The notes under the pieces were generated by a model. The model saw nothing but the letters and a program-made list of their open reading frames with translations, did no database searches and was not told the origin of the DNA. A program made the position numbers and the translations under genes. From contig JAZQAZ010000010.1 in the NCBI GenBank assembly GCA_045545475.1, positions 32,001-96,000 of the forward strand: DNA of 64,000 bases, read 5' to 3'. The DNA comes from Clostridia bacterium (GTDB lineage: Bacteria > Bacillota > Clostridia > CAKSNL01 > HGM11501). This document shows, piece after piece, positions 28,557-36,048 of this stretch (position 1 is the first letter of the stretch; each line of letters starts with the position of its first letter).

Positions 28557-29564
28557 ATGGATAAAGAAATATTGGAGATTTTAAGAAAAACATACGAAGT
28601 GAACGGAGATGCACTTTTTGCGGATAATGTGATTTTAAAGGCTTATTTAACGGATTTACTGGTTGGTTATCCCGCTGAAAAAAAGAGACTTATATTGGCA
28701 GTAAATGAAAATCTTGTTAGAAAGTTAATCGAAAACAAAGCAGATTCTGCAAAATGTGCATTGTATTCAATGATTCTTGTGGATACATATGCATTGCCGG
28801 AAGAAGTAGCTGAAGAAATTATAGATGTATTCTATTATGCTATTAATGGATATCGTGTATCCAAAAGAAAAGTTAACTCCGATGGTCGGACACGAAATGT
28901 GCAGCAAGAAGAAATGAATAAGGAATCAAAGCGTATTTTGGAAGAAAGAAGGAAAGAGGAGTTAATTGCAAGATTGGAAATGGCTGTTGCGGAAAGGAAA
29001 AAAAAGGCCACTGAAGAAAAGCTAAAAGCTACTGAAGAAAGACAGAAAGCCACCGAAGAAAGGCGAAAAGCTACTGAAGAAAGACAGAAGGCCACCGAAG
29101 AAAGGCGAAAAGCTACTGAAGAAAGGCAGAAAGCTATCGAAGAAAGGCAGCTTGCACGAAAGTGGGTTAACGAACAGAAGCTTAAAGAGGAACAAGCGAG
29201 GATTACGGAAGAAAACAGGCTTCGCGAAAAAGAGAAGAAAAGTAAAGCACTGCAGGAGTCTGTTACTTCCTCACTGATGACATGTTTCTTGGTTGGTTGT
29301 ATAATGTTTTCTAACTATATGGTGCCGGCAGAAAGTGTGGCTGAAGCTTGGCTTAAGTGTTTAGGAGCGTTAGGTATTCCTGTGATTCGCATATTTGTTG
29401 AGATGCTTAGTGAAGAAGATGAAATGAAGAAAAAATATATCGGGCGTATTAATTTGGCCATAATTATTGTGGTATTGGGCTGTTTTTATTGCATTGAAGA
29501 ATTATACAACAATAATATCGCAATAAGAACTATAGTAGATTTTCTGAGAGTTTTTATGAGTTAA
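28557..29564 (+). CDS. shared N-terminal domain + heptad-repeat coiled coil + C-terminal TM helices
   Basis: N-terminal ~100 aa aligns with the next two genes; KATEER(Q/R) repeats; about three hydrophobic helices. Confidence 0.8.
   Translation: MDKEILEILRKTYEVNGDALFADNVILKAYLTDLLVGYPAEKKRLILAVNENLVRKLIENKADSAKCALYSMILVDTYALPEEVAEEIIDVFYYAINGYRVSKRKVNSDGRTRNVQQEEMNKESKRILEERRKEELIARLEMAVAERKKKATEEKLKATEERQKATEERRKATEERQKATEERRKATEERQKAIEERQLARKWVNEQKLKEEQARITEENRLREKEKKSKALQESVTSSLMTCFLVGCIMFSNYMVPAESVAEAWLKCLGALGIPVIRIFVEMLSEEDEMKKKYIGRINLAIIIVVLGCFYCIEELYNNNIAIRTIVDFLRVFMS
29004..29150 (+). repeat. 21-bp tandem repeat x7 (KATEERQ/KATEERR) with 42-bp higher-order period
   Basis: Alternating GCTACTGAAGAAAGACAG / GCCACCGAAGAAAGGCGA units. 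Confidence 0.85.
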
Positions 29565-29681
29565 CGGCGGATTTATGAATAAAGAGAATGAAATGTAAAC
29601 AGAAACTAAAGACAGCTTAAAAAGAATGGATTTCGATTACGGTGCTGATTTTTTAATGAGATTATTTACAGAGAGGTTTTT

Positions 29682-30665
29682 ATGAAAAGGGAAGTTTTGG
29701 CCATTTTGCGTAAAACATATTTGGATTACGGAAAGGAAGTTTTTTGCGATAGGAATAGATTAAATGCATTCTTGGGGGACTTATTATATGAATATCCTCA
29801 CGAGCGTAAAAAAATCTCTTTAGCAATAAACGAGAATATGGCATATAAAATTATCACCGAAGTTACTGCTGAAAATCCATTCAGGATAAATGTATTTATA
29901 GAGGAATTAGTAGAGTGCTACGAACTGCCCAGGAATGTAGCGACAGATATTATAAATACTTTATGCTATTCTATAACCGGGAAAAAATATATGTCAAAGA
30001 CTATTGAAAAAATATTAAAAGAATTGTATTATTCTCCGGATGAGGCTGTTGAAAAAGAATATGCGGATGAAATATATCTGGCGGCACAGGAAGGAAACGC
30101 TGATGCACAGTATAGGGTAGGCAATTGGTTTGAAACGGGAAAAATTGTTGAAAAGAATATGTTTATGGCAAAAGAATGGTATACAAAGGCGGCGGAAAAT
30201 AAACATTGCTGGGCAATACATAATCTCGGAAGATTTTGCGAGATTGAAGAAAACGAGACAGATGCATTAAAATACTATCGTACTTCGCTTAACTTTGGCG
30301 AAATTCAAAGTGCGTATAATATTGCGTTGTATTATAAAAATAAGGCAAAAAATAAAGAACCACATGAAAAAGTAGAATGCTATACGTTAGCTATTAAATA
30401 TTTAAAAAAAGGTACGGATATTGTTATTCCTAAATATAACTCATCGTATAAGGTGTTTTTGAAAATAAAGTATGAATGTGCAAAACAGGCAGCGTTTTTA
30501 TGCAAAGACATATTTGATATTATAATGAAAAGAGAAGAGCTTAAAGATTCATTTGATATGAAGGCTAATGTAGAAACTTCCAAATACTTTATGAACATTC
30601 AAAAAGACACAGCGAATGTTATGAGGGATATGTATAATTTAACAATAGATAAAATGTCTTTTTGA
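29682..30665 (+). CDS. shared N-terminal domain + Sel1-like repeats
   Basis: AAQEGNADAQYRVG, AKEWYTKAAE, AIHNLG, SAYNIALYY. Confidence 0.8.
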   Translation: MKREVLAILRKTYLDYGKEVFCDRNRLNAFLGDLLYEYPHERKKISLAINENMAYKIITEVTAENPFRINVFIEELVECYELPRNVATDIINTLCYSITGKKYMSKTIEKILKELYYSPDEAVEKEYADEIYLAAQEGNADAQYRVGNWFETGKIVEKNMFMAKEWYTKAAENKHCWAIHNLGRFCEIEENETDALKYYRTSLNFGEIQSAYNIALYYKNKAKNKEPHEKVECYTLAIKYLKKGTDIVIPKYNSSYKVFLKIKYECAKQAAFLCKDIFDIIMKREELKDSFDMKANVETSKYFMNIQKDTANVMRDMYNLTIDKMSF

Positions 30666-30686
30666 TTTTTTACATAGGGGGAAAAT

Positions 30687-31889
30687 ATGCGAAACGAAGT
30701 ATTAAATATATTTAGGAAAATGTATTTAGACAATGGTGCGGATTTGTTTTTAAATAACAGTAAGCTAGTATCATACTTAAAAGATATGCTTGTTGAATTT
30801 CCAAAAGAAAGAGCTCGTTTATGCTTTGTAGCCAGAGAAAATATTGTATCGAAAATCTATAGAGAAGTATCATCTGAAGACTTATCTAGATGCGGGATAA
30901 TGATTAGCCTTTTGGTGGATACATATTCCATGTCGGATATTATTGCGACAGATATTGTAAATGCAATTTGCTATGCTTTGTTCGGTCGCAATTATTCTGG
31001 CGATAAGCATGAAAACAAAACTGTTACATGCGAAGCCGGAACAGACTTTCTGTTGCAAACAAAATTAATTAAATATACCGGAGCAGATGTTGAAGAAATA
31101 ATAGTTCCTGATGGGGTTGAGGTTATAGGCCAGGATGCATTTTTGGCTATAGAAAATGTAAAGAGAATAGTCCTGCCTAATACAGTTAAAGTAATAGAAG
31201 CAAATGCATTTTATTGGCTTATGAATCTTGAGGAAATTAACTTGCCAGATTCTGTTATAAGTATCGGAGCATGGGCATTTTGCGGTTGCGAATCGCTTAA
31301 GGAACTTACTTTGCCTGATAAAATTGAAACCATTGAGGAATTTGCATTTAGCAGAAGCGGAATCGAAAGGATTGAATTGCCGAAAGGTCTGAAAAAGATT
31401 AAGCACGGCTCTTTTATGAACTGTAAAAGGCTAAAGGAAATCTATATTCCGGAAAAAGTGGAATTGATAGAAGATATGGTATTTACTGCATCTGGAATAG
31501 AAAAGTTCGACATTTCTCCTGATAATCCGAAATTTGAGTTTTGGAATAATGGTGGTATTCTGGTGGAAAACATGGGTGTTAAAGAGAAAATGACATATGG
31601 AATCGATGACCGTATAATAAAGACAAAAGTGATTGAACGAAAATTAATCTGGTTTAGAGATGCTTTTTTATATAATAATATTACAGTTCCTTCGGAAATC
31701 GCTGTTATAGCAAATAGAGCTTTTCCGCATAGTGCCAAAGGAAAGCGTATAATTATTCCTAATTCGGTTACAAAAATTGAAGATGAGGCGTTGCCGCCTC
31801 ATAGTATACTGATATGTGAGCGAGGATCGGCCGCTGAAGGGTATGCGATAAAGAATAACCTGAAATATATATATCGTAACAACATATAA
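30687..31889 (+). CDS. shared N-terminal domain + BspA-type leucine-rich repeats
   Basis: Repeated LP.sV..Ig..AF..C..L units. Confidence 0.85.
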   Translation: MRNEVLNIFRKMYLDNGADLFLNNSKLVSYLKDMLVEFPKERARLCFVARENIVSKIYREVSSEDLSRCGIMISLLVDTYSMSDIIATDIVNAICYALFGRNYSGDKHENKTVTCEAGTDFLLQTKLIKYTGADVEEIIVPDGVEVIGQDAFLAIENVKRIVLPNTVKVIEANAFYWLMNLEEINLPDSVISIGAWAFCGCESLKELTLPDKIETIEEFAFSRSGIERIELPKGLKKIKHGSFMNCKRLKEIYIPEKVELIEDMVFTASGIEKFDISPDNPKFEFWNNGGILVENMGVKEKMTYGIDDRIIKTKVIERKLIWFRDAFLYNNITVPSEIAVIANRAFPHSAKGKRIIIPNSVTKIEDEALPPHSILICERGSAAEGYAIKNNLKYIYRNNI

Positions 31890-31944
31890 TGAGCAATAAT
31901 ATTTAGTGCAGAAGGAGATTTGCAATTCCAAAAGGAGAATTATA

Positions 31945-32688
31945 ATGCCATCGATTAAAGAATATATCAGAAGGGAAAGAGAAGAAACAAAAATATTGCT
32001 TCGGTGCATTCCTGCAACGGTTGTGACTTTGTTTGTAGTAAGCGTAATATGTATGAATCTTCTGGCGAATAAAACGCTTTTCCAAAATAATTGGCTTGCC
32101 CTTGACGGAGGGATACTTATTTCCTGGCTGTCATTTATGTGTATGGATGTTGTGACAAAGCACTTCGGGCCTAAAGCATCCAACAAAATATCGGTTTTAG
32201 CTGCGGGGATAAACCTACTTACATGTCTGATATTTTTCGTTGCAAGTATAATTCCTTCAAACGCCAATGATTACAGTGCTTTCAACGGGATTTTTGGCGG
32301 AACCTGGTTTATACTTTTAGGAAGTACCGTGGCTTTTTTATCTTCTGCCTGCATCAATAATATGCTGAACTGGACAATCGGTAAGGCTTTCAAGAAAAAT
32401 CCTGATGGGAAAATTGCCTTTGCAGTCCAAAGCTATATTTCTACATTTATCGGACAGTTTTGCGACAATTTTATATTTTCCGTTATAGTTTTCGTTTTCT
32501 TTGCTCCGATTTTCTGGGACGGATTTTGCTGGACTTATCTTCAGTGTACAACCTGTGCACTGACAGGTGCAATTGCGGAGCTTATTATGGAAATTGCATT
32601 TTCGCCCATCGGATATAAAATGGTTAGACGCTGGAAGGAAAATTCTGTAGGTAAAGAATATCTGGATTATATCACCGAAGGAAGGTAG
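31945..32688 (+). CDS. VUT/YhhQ-family transporter (queuosine precursor uptake)
   Basis: Multi-TM; NLLANK, DVVTKHFG, GSTVAF, STFIGQFCDNFIF match the family pattern; RBS AAGGAG before ATG 31945. Confidence 0.75.
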   Translation: MPSIKEYIRREREETKILLRCIPATVVTLFVVSVICMNLLANKTLFQNNWLALDGGILISWLSFMCMDVVTKHFGPKASNKISVLAAGINLLTCLIFFVASIIPSNANDYSAFNGIFGGTWFILLGSTVAFLSSACINNMLNWTIGKAFKKNPDGKIAFAVQSYISTFIGQFCDNFIFSVIVFVFFAPIFWDGFCWTYLQCTTCALTGAIAELIMEIAFSPIGYKMVRRWKENSVGKEYLDYITEGR

Positions 32689-32692
32689 AAAA

Positions 32693-33346
32693 ATGAGAGT
32701 ACTTATAACAGGCACGAGTCAGGGTATAGGAAAGGCGATAGCTGAGCTTTTCTTAGAAAACGGACATGAGGTTTTCGGCTTTGACAGAAACGAAGGTACG
32801 ATTTTTAGCGATAATTATATTCATTATAAAGTTGATGTCAGAGATTATGAAAATCTCCCTGAGATTTCAGGAGTAAATATCCTCATAAACAATGCGGGAA
32901 CACAGAATGAAGAAGATATTGATATCAACTTAAAGGCACTTATTCATATAACTGAAAAATACGGCATACAGTGCAAAATAAAATCCGTTTTAAATATAGG
33001 TTCTGCCAGTGGACACACCGGAGCGGAATTTCCCGAATATTGTGCAAGCAAGGGGGGCGTTATGGCGTATACCAAAAATGTGGCAATGCGTATTGCTGCA
33101 TTTGGAGCAACCTGTAACAGCTTAGATCCCGGTGGAGTATTGACACCCCTTAATGCCTGCGTCATAGAGGATAAAGAACTCTGGGCAAAAATTATGGATG
33201 AAACGCCCCTTAAAAGATGGGCAACTTGCGAAGAAATAGCCCAGTGGGCATATTTTCTTACCGTAACAAACGGTTTTTGCACAGGACAGAACATTTTGGT
33301 GGACGGCGGAGAAGCCATAAACTATAACTTTATCTGGAAGGACTGA
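32693..33346 (+). CDS. short-chain dehydrogenase/reductase
   Basis: TGTSQGIG, NNAG, YCASK, VDGG. Confidence 0.92.
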   Translation: MRVLITGTSQGIGKAIAELFLENGHEVFGFDRNEGTIFSDNYIHYKVDVRDYENLPEISGVNILINNAGTQNEEDIDINLKALIHITEKYGIQCKIKSVLNIGSASGHTGAEFPEYCASKGGVMAYTKNVAMRIAAFGATCNSLDPGGVLTPLNACVIEDKELWAKIMDETPLKRWATCEEIAQWAYFLTVTNGFCTGQNILVDGGEAINYNFIWKD

Positions 33347-33351
33347 AGAAA

Positions 33352-34485
33352 ATGGAAGAGGCAATCAAAAGCTATATAGAAGATAATTATTCTGTTATGA
33401 TGGAGCTTTTGAAGGAACTTTGTCATATTCCCGCACCATCTCATCACGAAGAAAAGAGAGCGGAATACTTAAAGGCGTATTTTGAAAAAATGGGTGCAAA
33501 GGGAACGTATATTGACGAAGCACTTAACGTGATTTTTTCCATAAACTGCGAGGGAAGTAGCGAAATAACTGTTTTTGCGGCACATACTGATACGGTTTTT
33601 CCGGATACCACCCCAATGCCTTATACTGATGACGGTGAAAAAATTCACTGTCCCGGTTGTGCTGACGACACGGCAAGCGTCACAGTGCTTACCATGATGG
33701 CAAAGTTTTACATTGAAAATAACATAAAGCCTGAAAAAGGAATCATGTTCGTATGTAACTCCTGCGAAGAGGGGCTTGGAAATCTTAAGGGAACAAGACA
33801 GCTCTTTTCCGATTTTAACGGAAGAATAAAGAATTTTATCACCTTTGACAGTACTCCTGAAGTGGCATGTAATCTTTCAGTGGGGTCTCACCGCTATGAG
33901 GTTACGGTAAAAACAGACGGCGGTCATTCTTTCCAGGATTTCGGAAATGCGAATGCCATAAACGAACTTTCCGGAATTGTAAGAAAAATATACGAAATAA
34001 AAGTGCCTGAAAAAGAAGGTACGAAAACCACTTATAACGTGGGGGATATATTAGGCGGTACATCGGTTAATACCATAGCACAGAGTGCAAGAATGCTTTG
34101 CGAATATCGCTCTGACGACAAGGACGGCCTTGCTTTTATGGAAGAAAGCTTCAAAGCAATTTTTGAGGAAGCAAAAAGCGACAAAGTAGAAGTAATTGTA
34201 GAAAAAGTAGGAGACAGACCCTGCGGAAACGTGGACCGAAGTAAAATAGCATATCTTGAAGGAAAAATCATTCCTGTAATCGAAAAAATTATCGGAAAAG
34301 AAGTAAGGTTTGTAAGCGGCTCCACCGACTGTAACATTCCGCACTCACTTGGTGTAGGTGCACTTTGTATCGGAGTTGATAACCACAAAGGTATTCATAC
34401 AAGAGAAGAATGGGTGGAAAAAGCATCGCTTAAAACCGGACTTGAAATAGCCATAAGATCAGGTCTTACTTTAACGGAGGGATAA
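33352..34485 (+). CDS. M20/M25/M40 family metallopeptidase
   Basis: AHTDTV, ADD, CEEGLG, GSTD, HTREE. Confidence 0.88.
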   Translation: MEEAIKSYIEDNYSVMMELLKELCHIPAPSHHEEKRAEYLKAYFEKMGAKGTYIDEALNVIFSINCEGSSEITVFAAHTDTVFPDTTPMPYTDDGEKIHCPGCADDTASVTVLTMMAKFYIENNIKPEKGIMFVCNSCEEGLGNLKGTRQLFSDFNGRIKNFITFDSTPEVACNLSVGSHRYEVTVKTDGGHSFQDFGNANAINELSGIVRKIYEIKVPEKEGTKTTYNVGDILGGTSVNTIAQSARMLCEYRSDDKDGLAFMEESFKAIFEEAKSDKVEVIVEKVGDRPCGNVDRSKIAYLEGKIIPVIEKIIGKEVRFVSGSTDCNIPHSLGVGALCIGVDNHKGIHTREEWVEKASLKTGLEIAIRSGLTLTEG

Positions 34486-34487
34486 AT

Positions 34488-35777
34488 ATGAAATTTACAG
34501 CTGCGGGAGATGCAATAATTCAGCAGAGAATATATGAAGATTTTCCGGGATTTTCAGAGCTGGCCTCATTTATTGAAAAAGGAGATGCGAGATTCTTCAA
34601 TCTTGAAACAACCTTAAATCACGAGGGAGAAGCCTGTGCTTCTGCCTTTTCGGGCGGAACATACCTTCGCACAAATCCCGAGGTTTTGGGTGACCTTAAA
34701 AAATTCGGCTTCAATATGACAAGCTTTAACAACAATCACGCCATGGACTTTGGCTATGACGGCTTCCGTTTAACATGGGAAGCGGTGGAAAAAAGCGGGC
34801 TTGTCCACAGCGGAGCAGGCAGAAATTTGGCAGAGGCTTCATCGCCCAAATATCTTGAAACTAAAAACGGAAGAGTTGCACTTATTTCGGTAAATGCAAA
34901 TTTTGACCCTTCTATGATAGCGGGAGAAGCATCACCGAGAGTTCAGGGAAGACCGGGCATAAACGCCTTAAGGCTTGATAAATATATTGAACTTCCCGAA
35001 AAAGAGCTTGCCGAAATTAAAAAAATCGCAAATGCAACAAAAATAAATGCGGAAATGGATATCGTGAGAAAGGAAGGCTATCTTCCTGAACTCAGTGATA
35101 AAGAAGCCGAGCTTGGCTCTCTTAGGTTCGTTCTCGGCGACGAAATGCGATATGTGATGAAGGCATGTGAAAAGGATATGGCACGCATAGAAAAGGCGAT
35201 TTATGAGGCTAAGCTTCAGGCAGATTACATAATGGTATCGGTTCATTCACATCATATAAGCGGAGACACAAAAGAAAATCCGGCAGAGTTTTTAAAAGAG
35301 TTTGCCCACAGATGTATTGATGTTGGGGCAAACGCCATCGTAGGTCACGGTCCTCATCTTTTAAGGCCAATAGAAATATACAAAAATTCTCCCATATTCT
35401 ATTCGCTGGGAGACTTTGTGCTTCAGCTATACAGCGTTGAATTTGCACCCGAGGACTTTTTTGATAAGCATGGGCTTACCTCATCTTCAACTGTTCACGA
35501 ATTATTAAAAAAGCGTTCAAAGGACTTTACGGTAGGCCTTATGACGGATACGAGAATGTTCCGTTCCGTAATTCCTTACTGGGAGACTGATGGAACACGC
35601 CTTACAAAAATAATCCTTATGCCGATAGAAATGAAAATGGACGGTCATAAGTCGGAAATCGGGCTTCCCAGAAGAAGTGAAAATATGGAAATTTTCGAAT
35701 ACCTAAAAGAAATGTCAGAGCCTTACGGAACTAAAATAAAAGTTAACGAAGACGGACTTTACGAGTGTGAGTGGTAA
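34488..35777 (+). CDS. CapA-family metallophosphoesterase-like protein
   Basis: AAGD, NLET, NNHAMDFG, SVHSH, GHGPH, YSLGDF. Confidence 0.88.
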   Translation: MKFTAAGDAIIQQRIYEDFPGFSELASFIEKGDARFFNLETTLNHEGEACASAFSGGTYLRTNPEVLGDLKKFGFNMTSFNNNHAMDFGYDGFRLTWEAVEKSGLVHSGAGRNLAEASSPKYLETKNGRVALISVNANFDPSMIAGEASPRVQGRPGINALRLDKYIELPEKELAEIKKIANATKINAEMDIVRKEGYLPELSDKEAELGSLRFVLGDEMRYVMKACEKDMARIEKAIYEAKLQADYIMVSVHSHHISGDTKENPAEFLKEFAHRCIDVGANAIVGHGPHLLRPIEIYKNSPIFYSLGDFVLQLYSVEFAPEDFFDKHGLTSSSTVHELLKKRSKDFTVGLMTDTRMFRSVIPYWETDGTRLTKIILMPIEMKMDGHKSEIGLPRRSENMEIFEYLKEMSEPYGTKIKVNEDGLYECEW

Positions 35778-36048
35778 AATAGTCGGTAGGTGAGGAAATA
35801 TTTTCTGTATCCTTAAAGATGAAAAAATATTTTGAAGAGCTTAAGCCTATGCTTTATATAGGAATACAAATGAGAATGCAGAGTGCAATGTATCAGATTA
35901 TAATTCTATCCTTTGCTCTTATATTCCATATATGGCACAGAATATCGGAGTAGGGAATATTGAAAGAGCGAGAAAAGCAATGCTTTCGGTAACGATGATA
36001 ACAAAGAACTTCAAGAGAAAAGACTTTATTAAATTAAGGGGTTTTATC

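Noticed and set aside
31890-31944. Possible preQ1 riboswitch before the VUT transporter (starts GAGCAA like class III)
   Set aside because: Gap is only 55 nt and lacks the complementary GCUC strand and other conserved elements
35778-36048. Possible gene remnant or N-terminal extension upstream of the TIR gene
   Set aside because: No RBS for ATG 35932 and no recognisable motif; cannot be supported without a homology search
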